A DNA stretch of 63,068 nucleotides, filler included. It is 4 parts of 4 records of this genome, joined end to end, with 100 filler letters (N's around TTAATTAATTAA, not from the genome) between each part and the next. Parts side by side here need not be neighbours in the genome. Positions count along the whole stretch, not along the records: positions 13,053 to 27,303 come from SRR31147125_3936; positions 27,404 to 38,150 come from SRR31147125_3962; 2 more parts are not named here. One strand, given 5' to 3'. This document shows, one piece after another, positions 22,757 to 31,982 of this stretch. Made by a program: the position numbers and the translations under genes. Each line of letters opens with the position of its first letter. Position 1 is the stretch's first letter. The notes below the pieces were generated by a model. It made no database searches and was not told where the DNA came from. It worked only from the letters and a program-made list of their open reading frames with translations.

Positions 22757-23695
22757 ATGAAGAATACAAAAATTACTGAACTGTTTGGAATCGAGTATCC
22801 AATAGTGCAAGGTGGTATGGCTTGGGTATCTGATGCAAGCTTAGCGGCGGCTGTTTCTGAGGCAGGTGGTCTAGGCGTTATTGCAGCAGGAAACGCTCCA
22901 TCTTCTTGGGTGAAAGAGCAAATTGATGCTGTAAGACAAAAGACCGACAAACCTTTTGGTGTAAATATTATGCTATTAAGCCCATTTAAACAAGAGGTTG
23001 CTAACCTTTTAGCAGATGAAAAGGTTCCTGTTATTTTGACCGGAGCAGGGAACCCAGGCGAATATATGCAACTATGGAAAGATGCTGGTGCAAAGGTTGT
23101 TCCTGTTGTTCCAAGCAGGGCTCTTGCTATTCGTATGCAAAATGCTGGTGCGGATGCTGTTGTCGCTGAAGGAAGCGAAGCTGGCGGGCATATTGGTGAG
23201 CTTACTACAATGGTTTTAACTCCAAACGTTGCGTCTGCGGTTGATATCCCAGTTATTAGTGCTGGTGGAATTTATGACAGCAAAACTGCTGTTGCGGCTT
23301 TTGTCCTTGGTGCACAAGGAATCCAAGTTGGTACAAGATTTGTTTTGGCAGAAGAGTGTACTGCCCATGATGAATACAAAAACAAGATAATTAAAGCTAA
23401 AGATATTGACAGTAAGGTTACAGGAAGAGTAACTGGACATCCTGTAAGGCTGCTTAGAAATGCTCTTTCAAGAAAAATGGCTAAAGCTGAGTATGTGGAA
23501 GGCGCTGTTGAAGTTTTAGAAAAAATGGGTGAAGGGTCACTGAGGGCTGCTGTTGTAGATGGGGATTTAAAAAACGGTTCATTTATGGCAGGACAAGTTG
23601 CTTGTTTGCTTGATAAAACAGAAACTGCAAAAGAAATAATAGAAGACATATTTGATGAAAAGAAAATCGAATTTGCACTTAGCAAAGCAAAATAA
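22757..23695 (+). CDS. fabK: Enoyl-ACP reductase II
   Basis: YPIVQGGMAW, EGSEAGGHIG, AGGI, QVGTRF; position within fab operon. Confidence 0.93.
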   Translation: MKNTKITELFGIEYPIVQGGMAWVSDASLAAAVSEAGGLGVIAAGNAPSSWVKEQIDAVRQKTDKPFGVNIMLLSPFKQEVANLLADEKVPVILTGAGNPGEYMQLWKDAGAKVVPVVPSRALAIRMQNAGADAVVAEGSEAGGHIGELTTMVLTPNVASAVDIPVISAGGIYDSKTAVAAFVLGAQGIQVGTRFVLAEECTAHDEYKNKIIKAKDIDSKVTGRVTGHPVRLLRNALSRKMAKAEYVEGAVEVLEKMGEGSLRAAVVDGDLKNGSFMAGQVACLLDKTETAKEIIEDIFDEKKIEFALSKAK

Positions 23696-23704
23696 GGGGA
23701 ATAT

Positions 23705-24610
23705 ATGAAAACTGCGATAATCTTCCCAGGTCAGGGAGCACAAAGTGCTGGTATGGGAAAGGATATGTATGAAAACAATGAAACGTATGCTAAGACTTTT
23801 GACGAGTTTGATAGTGCATTGGATGTTTCACTAAAAGACCTTTGTTTTAATGGCTGCGAAAAATCAGAATTTGTACAGCCTGCGATTTTAGCGCATAGTG
23901 TAGCTATGATGGATGCACTAGGCATAACTGCCGATATCTATGCTGGGCTTTCGCTTGGCGAATACTCTGCACTTTGTACGTCGGGTGTTTTTGACAAAAA
24001 ACAGATAATAGCGCTTGTTAATAAGCGTGGCTATATAATGGACAACGCAGTAGAAGCTGGAACATGCGGCATGGTATCGGCTTTGGGGCTGGATATTGAA
24101 ACATGCTTAGAGATTGCTGATAGTGTATCTGACTTATGGGTTGCAAATTATATTAGTGAAGGGCAAATAGTTTTTGGTGGTAAAAACAACGCTATAGAAA
24201 CGTGCGTAAAGGCTATTGAGGTTAACGGAGCAAAGGCGATAAAGCTAAACACAGCAGGACCGTACCATACACCGCTTTTAAAGACGGCTGCAAGTGAGTT
24301 TAAGACATTATTAGATAAAGTTGAATTAGGCGAAAAAAATGCAATTATTTATTCGAATTATACTGGTTTGCCTTACGAAGACGATGCTGATTATACTGAT
24401 TTGCTTGCACATCAAATGTATGGGATGGTTAAATGGGCAGATGCCTGTAATCATATGATTGATTCTGGTGTAAAGAGATTTATCGAAGTTGGTCCTGGTA
24501 TGGTGCTTTCGAAAGTTTTAAAACGAAAAGTTAAGGGATCGGATATTGAAGTTATTTCGGTTCGAGATTTAAAGACTTTTACAAAGTTCAAGGAGAAATA
24601 TGATGAGTAG
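23705..24610 (+). CDS. fabD: Malonyl-CoA:ACP transacylase
   Basis: FPGQGAQ, QPAI, GLSLGEY, EVGPG. Confidence 0.93.
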   Translation: MKTAIIFPGQGAQSAGMGKDMYENNETYAKTFDEFDSALDVSLKDLCFNGCEKSEFVQPAILAHSVAMMDALGITADIYAGLSLGEYSALCTSGVFDKKQIIALVNKRGYIMDNAVEAGTCGMVSALGLDIETCLEIADSVSDLWVANYISEGQIVFGGKNNAIETCVKAIEVNGAKAIKLNTAGPYHTPLLKTAASEFKTLLDKVELGEKNAIIYSNYTGLPYEDDADYTDLLAHQMYGMVKWADACNHMIDSGVKRFIEVGPGMVLSKVLKRKVKGSDIEVISVRDLKTFTKFKEKYDE

Positions 24611-25334
24611 ATGTGCGATTGTTACTGGCGCTTCTGGTGGAATAGGCAGAGCTATTGCGCTTGAATTAGCAAGTTTAGGTTATAACATTTGTGTGCATTA
24701 TAGATCAAACCAAGCGGCTGCTGATAAGATTATCAATGAGTGTGCTGGTATGGGTGTTAAGGCGATTTCGGTGCAGGCGGATTTATCATGCGAGGATAGT
24801 TGTATAAAGCTTATTGAGTCTTGTGAGGAGCTTGGTGATATTTATGCGCTTGTAAACAATGCTGGTATCACAAGAGATGGGCTTGTTATGCGTATGGAAA
24901 AAAAGGATTTTGACGGCGTTATGGAGGCAAACCTTAACAGCTGTTTTTATATGACAAAGCATGTGCTTCCCTTTATGACGAAGAAGAGAGAGGGAAGGAT
25001 CATAAACATTGCTTCTGTTATTGGCATAACAGGGAATGCTGGTCAGGCTAATTATGCCGCGTCAAAAGCTGGCATGATTGGTTTTTCAAAGTCTGTGGCT
25101 AAAGAGGTTGCTAAGCGCAAGATATGCGTTAATGTAATTGCTCCAGGTTACATAGAAACGCCTATGACGGATGCCTTGTCTGATGAAGTGAAAAAAAGCA
25201 TCAGCTCGAAGATTCCGCTTAAGCGTTTGGGAGAACCAGATGATGTTGCTGGCGTTGTTGGGTTTTTATGCAGTGATAAGGCAAGCTATATAACAGGACA
25301 AGTTTTAGCGGTTGATGGAGGAATGGTAATATAA
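24600..25334 (+). CDS. fabG: 3-oxoacyl-ACP reductase
   Basis: VTGASGGIG, NNAGITRD, GQANYAASK, VDGGM. Confidence 0.95.
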   Translation: MMSRCAIVTGASGGIGRAIALELASLGYNICVHYRSNQAAADKIINECAGMGVKAISVQADLSCEDSCIKLIESCEELGDIYALVNNAGITRDGLVMRMEKKDFDGVMEANLNSCFYMTKHVLPFMTKKREGRIINIASVIGITGNAGQANYAASKAGMIGFSKSVAKEVAKRKICVNVIAPGYIETPMTDALSDEVKKSISSKIPLKRLGEPDDVAGVVGFLCSDKASYITGQVLAVDGGMVI

Positions 25335-25358
25335 CGAACATAATACGAGGTACAAAAT

Positions 25359-26588
25359 ATGAATAATAAAGTTGTTGTTACTGGTATGGGCGCTATTTGT
25401 GGCCTTGGTAATACAGTTGATGAAATATTTGAAAATGCAAAAAATGGTGTTTGCGGCATAGACTATGCTTCGCAGTTTGATGGAAGTCAGATACCAGATG
25501 TTAAGTTTACAGGTGAGGTTAAGGATTTTGACCCATCTAAGTATATTAAAAAGAGAGAAGCTAGAAGATTAGATAGGTTTACGCAATTTGCTATATATGC
25601 AGGAATGCAGGCTTTTGAAGATAGTGGGCTTTCTGAATTTGACCCGTATAGAGTTGGTGTTATAATGGGTAGTGGAATGGGTGGATTGAATACTATCTGT
25701 GAAAATCAAGATACACAAAGAGAAAATGGTGCTAGCGCTATTTCTGCATTGTTTATTCCAAAATCGCTTATAAATATAGCGCCTGGTACGATTGCTATAA
25801 GGTTAGGTCTAAATGGTCCTTGCTACGGAGTTGTAACCGCTTGTGCTTCTGGTACTGATGCAATTGGGCAAGCATACCGCATGGTAAAACATGGTGTGGT
25901 TGATGCTATTTTGGTTGGCGGAAGCGAAGGCGTTATTAATAATCTATCTGTAGGTGGGTTTAACCAAATGACTGCTCTTTCTAATGCTACTGAACTGAAC
26001 AGAGCATCTATACCTTTTGACGTTGAGAGAAACGGATTTGTTATGGGTGAAGGTGCTGGGTTCTTGGTTTTAGAAAGCGAAGAACATGCAAAAAATCGTA
26101 ACGCAGACATAAAAGGTGAAGTATGCGGATATGGACAAACATGTGATGCTAACCATATTACTGCGCCAATGGAAGGCGGAAAGCATGTTGCAAAAGCTAT
26201 GGAAATGGCTTTAGCGGATGGTGGAATAAAAAAAGAGCAAGTGGGGTATATAAATTCTCATGGAACTGGTACGCCGCTTAATGACAAAGCCGAAACACAA
26301 GCTATAAAAGCTTATTTTGGCGATCATAGCCAAAACCTAAAGGTTAGCTCTACAAAATCAATGACAGGGCACCTTTTGGGTGCTGCTGGTGCTGTTGAGG
26401 GTATTTTGGCTATTAAGAGTTTAAAAGAACAAATTGCGCTTCCTACAATTAATTTAAAAAAACCGGACCCTGATTGTGATTTAGACTATGTTGCAAATGC
26501 ATCTTGTAAGCTTAATACAGATTATGCTTTATCAAACTCACTAGGGTTTGGAGGACATAACGCGATTGTTTTGTTTAAAAAGTATTAG
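25359..26588 (+). CDS. fabF: Beta-ketoacyl-ACP synthase II
   Basis: VTACASG, GFVMGEGAG, HGTGTPLND, KSMTGHLLGAAG, GFGGHN. Confidence 0.95.
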   Translation: MNNKVVVTGMGAICGLGNTVDEIFENAKNGVCGIDYASQFDGSQIPDVKFTGEVKDFDPSKYIKKREARRLDRFTQFAIYAGMQAFEDSGLSEFDPYRVGVIMGSGMGGLNTICENQDTQRENGASAISALFIPKSLINIAPGTIAIRLGLNGPCYGVVTACASGTDAIGQAYRMVKHGVVDAILVGGSEGVINNLSVGGFNQMTALSNATELNRASIPFDVERNGFVMGEGAGFLVLESEEHAKNRNADIKGEVCGYGQTCDANHITAPMEGGKHVAKAMEMALADGGIKKEQVGYINSHGTGTPLNDKAETQAIKAYFGDHSQNLKVSSTKSMTGHLLGAAGAVEGILAIKSLKEQIALPTINLKKPDPDCDLDYVANASCKLNTDYALSNSLGFGGHNAIVLFKKY

Positions 26589-26600
26589 GAGATAAAGGGT

Positions 26601-27032
26601 ATGTATAAAATTGAGGATATCAAAAAAGTTTTACCGCACAGAGAACCTTTTTTGATGATGGACAAAGTTTTAGAACTTGAAGGTATGAAATGTAAAGCTG
26701 TAAAAGCGGTTAGCGGTAACGAATGGTTTTTTATGGGTCACTTTGAAAAAACAAAAGTTATGCCAGGCGTTTTGCAAGTAGAGGCGATTGCTCAGGCGGG
26801 TGGTTTTGCACTGCTTAGTGATGAAAAAATGAAAGGTAAACTTGCATATTTAGCAAGGATAAAGTCGGCAAAGTTTTCAAGACCAATTGTCCCAGGGGAT
26901 ATATTGGAAATAGAAGCTGAAATCACTGATTTGCGAGATATAATTGGTACAGGCAAAGGAATTATTAGAGTAGACGGTAAAATTGCTTGTAAAGCAGAGA
27001 TTATGTTTGCAATTGGTGAAGAGGAAAACTAA
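26601..27032 (+). CDS. fabZ: 3-hydroxyacyl-ACP dehydratase
   Basis: LPHREPFL, FFMGHF, MPGVLQVEAIAQ. Confidence 0.93.
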   Translation: MYKIEDIKKVLPHREPFLMMDKVLELEGMKCKAVKAVSGNEWFFMGHFEKTKVMPGVLQVEAIAQAGGFALLSDEKMKGKLAYLARIKSAKFSRPIVPGDILEIEAEITDLRDIIGTGKGIIRVDGKIACKAEIMFAIGEEEN

Positions 27033-27123
27033 CATTAAATAGCGGATTAACTGATGGTAAAAATCGTGAAAAAACACGGTAAATTTTCAACAAATATTTT
27101 TTTAAAAAAAAGCAAAATTTTTG

Positions 27124-27152
27124 TTGACAACATCCTCTTAATCCGCTATACT
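27124..27152 (+). promoter_or_regulatory. Near-consensus sigma70/A promoter upstream of tRNA
   Basis: TTGACA-17 bp-TATACT, with AT-rich UP-like region upstream. Confidence 0.8.
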
Positions 27153-27269
27153 TGTTCTTGCGTGTGAAATGGAAGTCATAAAAATGACGGATGTACGAAC
27201 ATGCTTTTGCTTCAAAAAAACGTGAATATTCAAAGTTTTTTAAGGTGAGAACAATTTGGTACTGGGTTT

Positions 27270-27303
27270 GCGTTCGTAGCTCAGCTGGATAGAGCAACGG
27301 CCT
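27270..27303 (+). tRNA. 5' part of a tRNA, most likely tRNA-Arg; truncated just before the anticodon by the contig end
   Basis: GCGTTCG-TA-GCTCAGCTGGATAGAGC-A-ACGGC-CT: acceptor 5' strand, D-arm typical of tRNA-Arg, anticodon stem 5' strand. The anticodon itself is not visible. Confidence 0.8.
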
Positions 27304-27403
27304 NNNNNNNNNNNNNNNNNNNNNNNNNNNNNNNNNNNNNNNNNNNNTTAATTAATTAANNNNNNNNNNNNNNNNNNNNNNNNNNNNNNNNNNNNNNNNN
27401 NNN
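27304..27403. other. Artificial contig spacer
   Basis: 44 N + TTAATTAATTAA + 44 N. Confidence 0.98.
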
Positions 27404-27404
27404 A

Positions 27405-28130
27405 ATTAATTCATTTGCTAGAGCAGCTCATCCAATTGGATTGATTAATGCGTGTAATCCAGAACAAGCAGCACTTGATGCTTTGGAATTGTGTAGGATG
27501 TATCAGCCATCACACGGAAGAGGGATTTTATGGGATACAAAAGCACCAAATATAGTAAGACCTTCTGCTGTGGCAGGAGCGGATTGGTCAGCTTCGTATT
27601 TAGCAGCGATAGCTGAAGCTTGTAATCCTGAGGCTACGCTTGATTCAGTTGTTGAGGCAAGTACAAAATATGTAATTGAGCCTGTAAAAGATGAGATTTA
27701 TAGATGTATTGAATTGGCAAAGAGTGCAGCTGATTATGATGATTTAATAAGAAGATTCAACGAAGTATATAGTGGAACAGGCTTCGTATATTCGATGAGC
27801 ATGGCACATGAAATTATTCCAAAGGGGATTGCAGTATTTTATTTTGCCAAAGGTGATGTTGAGAAATCAATTATATACGGCGTGAACTTTGGGCGTGATA
27901 CTGACTGTACTGCTGCTGTAGCTGGTGGATTGGCAGGGGCTTTTTCTGGAGCTACAGGAATAAAAAAAGAGTGGATAGATCAAGTTGATGAAGCTACGAA
28001 GACAAATAAATATACAGTTTGCCAAAAAACCATACAAGAGGTTGCAGATGGTATCTACGACGCTGTACTGTGTGAAATTGAAAAGAACACTAAAGTTCTA
28101 GACGCATTAACAAAGCAAACGGGAGAATAA
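27405..28130 (+). CDS. ADP-ribosylglycohydrolase (ARH/DraG) family protein, 5' truncated
   Basis: C-terminal metal-binding motif VNFGRDTDCTAAVAGGLAGA..G..WI; reading frame is open from the contig start. Confidence 0.85.
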   Translation: MNSFARAAHPIGLINACNPEQAALDALELCRMYQPSHGRGILWDTKAPNIVRPSAVAGADWSASYLAAIAEACNPEATLDSVVEASTKYVIEPVKDEIYRCIELAKSAADYDDLIRRFNEVYSGTGFVYSMSMAHEIIPKGIAVFYFAKGDVEKSIIYGVNFGRDTDCTAAVAGGLAGAFSGATGIKKEWIDQVDEATKTNKYTVCQKTIQEVADGIYDAVLCEIEKNTKVLDALTKQTGE

Positions 28131-28131
28131 T

Positions 28132-28563
28132 ATGCATTATTTTAAGACAGAATGCGATAGAGAGATCTTTATAATTCAGCTGAGTCAAGGGGACTATTGC
28201 CTAGAATCAATAGAGGAAGTGATTGCAAAGGAAAATATTAAAGATGGAGTTGTTTTGTCTGGAATTGGAACAATTGACTATTGTGTGTTACATATGGTCA
28301 GAACCACATCATATCCACCTGTAGAGTATTTTAAAAAGTGGGAAGATGAAGCTTTGGAATTATGCTCATTAGATGGATATATTGCTGACAGTAAGCCACA
28401 TTTACACACTGTAGTATCGACTAAGGATATTGCTGTTGGGGGTCACTTGGAATACGGTTGCAGGACTTTATATTTATGTGAAATTGTAATTGAAAAATTT
28501 AAAGGTATAGAGCTGGAAAGGGTTCTGAATGATAAGAATATAAATGTCCTGAAGGAAAGGTAA
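28132..28563 (+). CDS. PPC/DUF296 domain protein
   Basis: SGIGT, ELCSLDG, PHLH, GGHL motifs. Confidence 0.82.
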   Translation: MHYFKTECDREIFIIQLSQGDYCLESIEEVIAKENIKDGVVLSGIGTIDYCVLHMVRTTSYPPVEYFKKWEDEALELCSLDGYIADSKPHLHTVVSTKDIAVGGHLEYGCRTLYLCEIVIEKFKGIELERVLNDKNINVLKER

Positions 28564-28568
28564 ACAGT

Positions 28569-29544
28569 ATGAATAAAAAATGGTGGCACAAGAGCGTGAA
28601 TTGAACCGTGATGTGTTTTCAAAATATGATATCGTTACTGTTGGCGAAACAGGCGGAGTAACACCTTATGAAGGTTGTTTATATTCAAATGTAGAAAAGA
28701 ATTAAATATGATTTTTCAATTTGATCATATGGGTATTGACAAAGATGATTTGAACTGTGAAGTTGTTGATTTCGATTTAGTAAAACTAAAAACCATATTC
28801 TCGAAGTGGCAGAAGCAGCTTAATGATTTTGGTTGGAACAGCTTATACTGGTCAAATCATGACCAAGCACGTATTGTTTCAAGATTTGGAAATGACTCTG
28901 AATATCGTATTGAAAGTGCAAAAATGCATGGAACAACTTTGCATATGCAAAAATGCACACCTTATATTTATCAAGGTGAAGAGATTGGGATTACAAACTA
29001 TAAATTTTCGGATATAGATAAATTTGATGATATCCATACAAAATTTCACTATAATAGAGGGATTAAAAAAGGTTATTCCGCTAAAAAAATTCTCAAATAC
29101 TTGAATGTACTGTCTCGGGATCATGCACGTATACCAATTAGCTGGAATGGTAAGAAAGAGGCAGGCTTTACTGATGGTGAGAATTGGTTTAAAAAACATC
29201 AGCGGTATCAAGAAGTTAACGTTGAAAATGCCTTAAGTGATAAGAACTCAGTTTTCTATCATTATAAAAAGTTAGTTGAGCTTCGGCGAAAAAGTGATTT
29301 TTCCGATATCATTGCATATGGTGACTATACTGTTTTTGATATTGATGATGGAGAAGTTTATTCGTATTGTAGAGAATATCATGGAAAAACGATTATTGTT
29401 GTGTCAAACTTTACTTCTGAACAATTGAAAAGAGAACTGAACTGTGAAGTTAGATTGGTGCTTTCTAATTATGATAAGCTTTATGTGGAAGATGGATTTA
29501 TTAAGCTTAGACCTTATGAATCTGTAATGTTAGCAAAAGAGTAG
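28569..29544 (+). pseudogene. GH13 oligo-1,6-/alpha-glucosidase pseudogene with a large internal deletion
   Basis: N-terminal MNKKWWHKSV is joined out of frame directly to mid-protein ELNRDVFSKYDIVTVGE; later motifs NHDQARIVSRFG, PYIYQGEEIG, SRDHARIP, LRPYES present. Confidence 0.85.
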
Positions 29545-29708
29545 AGGATATGTAGTATGTATATAGGGTAAGGGCTTGTAATTCGGTAGGTGAGAATGCT
29601 TGCTATGCAGTTAGTGTACCGATACTGCTGTTTAAATTACGTTGTCATGTCCATATAGAATATCCCCCAACAACTGAAGATTTTATACATAGATGTGAGG
29701 TATATAAT

Positions 29709-30595
29709 ATGGAAAAGAATTTAATGGGTGTATTTGCACCAATAACTACGCCATTTAATGCAGATGAAAGTGTAGATTATGATGGTTTAAAAAGAAACAT
29801 GGAGATCTACTCAAAATCGGGTATTAAAGGGTATTTAGCTCTTGGTTCTAATGGCGAAAATAAAAGCCTAACAAATGAAGAAAAACTTGAGGTTAGCAAA
29901 ATTATTATAGAAAACAAAGCCAAAGATCAAACAGTTACGACAGGTTGCATTTTCGAATCAACAAAAGAAACAATAGAGTTTGCAAAAAAGCTTGAATCTA
30001 TTGGGACTGATTATTTAACGTTGCTTCCGCCATCTTATTTTAAAAAATATATGACGGATGATGCATTATTTGAGTATTTTACAGATGTCGCTGATGCTGT
30101 AAATATTCCATGCTTGGTTTATAATGCGCCACAATTCTGTGCAAATACTGTTTTATCGGTCAACTTATTGAATAGAATTACGAAACACCCAAGGTTGGTT
30201 GGCGTTAAGGATTCATCGTCAAACAACATAGAGAGTTATTTATTGTCATGTAGAGATAGCATGAATATCATGGCAGGTTCTGCGAATTTTTTTATGAGAT
30301 CAATAATAATGGGCGGAGTGGGTGGAATTGTTTCGCTTGCAAATATTTTTCCTACTTTAATTGTTGAACTATATGAATTGATTTTAAACAGAGAATATGA
30401 ACATGCTTATGAGATTAATGAGAAAATTTTAAGGCTCAATTGCGGGATTTCAGGTAATGGAGGAGTTGCAGCAGTAAAATACGCAATGGATTTGGTTGGG
30501 CTCGTTGGTGGGATTCCAAGAAAACCGTTGTTGCCACTTATACAGCAAAAAAAGAGGCTGTGAAGAACGTTTTACTAGATGCTAACATGATTTAA
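29709..30595 (+). CDS. DHDPS/NAL-family class I aldolase, 4-hydroxy-2-oxoglutarate aldolase-like (probable frameshift near 30540)
   Basis: PITTPF, GSNGE, VYNAP, Schiff-base GVKDSS; the shifted frame gives a typical C-terminal helix ending at TAA 30593-30595 (ORF track ends 30563). Confidence 0.85.
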
Positions 30596-30626
30596 AAAGC
30601 GGTGCAGAGCTTTTAAGGATTTGATT

Positions 30627-31586
30627 ATGAGGAAAATTGTTTTAACAAAAAAATTAGATGAAAAGAGCATGTTGTTGTTTGAGGGAATAGACGATTTAGA
30701 ATTTGTTGAAATTCTTGATGGCGATAATGAATTTTTTAAAAGTGAAATGAGAACCGCTTTTGCAGTTTTATTAAGCACAGCTTATGATATGGATAAAGAC
30801 TTAATAAACAATTGTCAAAACCTTAAAGTTATCAGCAGGACTGGTGTAGGATATGACAATGTTGATGTGGCAACTGCAAGTTTAAAAAATATTATTGTTT
30901 TAAATACTCCTTGTGTAAATGTGATTTCGGTTGCAGAGCACACAGTTGCTCTTATTTGTGGAATATCGAAACAGCTAGCATTTTATGACAGACAGCTTAG
31001 AGCTGGTAATTTTGCAATTAGAAGAAGTGGATTGTGTGTTGATATGCATCAAAAGAAGCTTGGATTAATAGGCTGTGGGCGTATTGGTATAAAAGTAGCT
31101 GAAAAGCTTAGACTGGCTTTTAATATGGAAGTTAGCGGATATGATCCCTTTGTAGAATACTTGGATGATATAAAAATGTGTAAAGAAATCGAAGAAATCT
31201 TTAAAAAATCTGACTATATATCTGTGCATGTGCCTCTTACAGATAAGACGAGAAATTTAGTTGATGGAAAAAAGCTTAGGCTTATGAAGAAAACTGCATT
31301 TATTATTAATACATCTAGAGGTGGAGTAATTGATGAAAAAGCGTTGTTTGAAGTACTGAATGAGGGAGACATTGCAGGTGCTGCTTTGGATGTTTTTAAT
31401 AATGAACCCCTTAAAAAAGGCAACCCATTAACTAATCTGAATAATGTTATCTTAACGCCACATTCGGCTGCACTTAGTAAAGAATGTTCTAAAAGGGTTG
31501 CGTTTCAAGCTGCACAGGGAATAGCAGATTGCTTAAAAGGTGGTTTGCCAAATTTTATTGTAAATAAAAATATGAATTTAGGTTGA
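30627..31586 (+). CDS. D-isomer-specific 2-hydroxyacid dehydrogenase (SerA-like, no ACT domain)
   Basis: RTGVGYDNVD, GCGRIG, INTSRGGVIDE, LDVF, TPHSA. Confidence 0.92.
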   Translation: MRKIVLTKKLDEKSMLLFEGIDDLEFVEILDGDNEFFKSEMRTAFAVLLSTAYDMDKDLINNCQNLKVISRTGVGYDNVDVATASLKNIIVLNTPCVNVISVAEHTVALICGISKQLAFYDRQLRAGNFAIRRSGLCVDMHQKKLGLIGCGRIGIKVAEKLRLAFNMEVSGYDPFVEYLDDIKMCKEIEEIFKKSDYISVHVPLTDKTRNLVDGKKLRLMKKTAFIINTSRGGVIDEKALFEVLNEGDIAGAALDVFNNEPLKKGNPLTNLNNVILTPHSAALSKECSKRVAFQAAQGIADCLKGGLPNFIVNKNMNLG

Positions 31587-31589
31587 ATT

Positions 31590-31982
31590 ATGAAATTTGT
31601 TAACAATGTAGATGATTTAAAGAGTGATAATGATTCGAGATCATTAAGAGCAAGGGTGCTGAATCGAGATCGAACAGTGCTTAGGGATACCTATTTGCTA
31701 GTTGGTGAGAGCAATAGTCCTGCAAAACGATTAAATATGGGTTACACTACAATTTATCCTACAGGCTCTACAACAGGACATACTCATGACGATATGGAAG
31801 AAGTTTATTTTGTTGTTTCTGGAAATGGAATTATGGTTGTTGGTGATGAGGAGTTTGAAGTGTCGGAAGGAGATGGTTTATATGTGCCTCCTGGACTTTT
31901 TCATACTACATTTCAAAAAGGCAATAGGCCAATGGTAGTTTTGTGGGTTACATGCAAACTTAATGATGGAGGTGAAGAGTAG
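31590..31982 (+). CDS. Cupin domain protein
   Basis: GHTHDDMEEVYFVVSG and GDGLYVPPGLFH cupin motifs. Confidence 0.88.
   Translation: MKFVNNVDDLKSDNDSRSLRARVLNRDRTVLRDTYLLVGESNSPAKRLNMGYTTIYPTGSTTGHTHDDMEEVYFVVSGNGIMVVGDEEFEVSEGDGLYVPPGLFHTTFQKGNRPMVVLWVTCKLNDGGEE

Noticed and set aside
27405-28130. ARH gene as antitoxin of an ADP-ribosylating toxin or as nitrogenase regulator DraG
   Set aside because: No ADP-ribosyltransferase, draT or nif genes in view, and the neighbours are sugar catabolic; the upstream context is missing, so this is not fully excluded.
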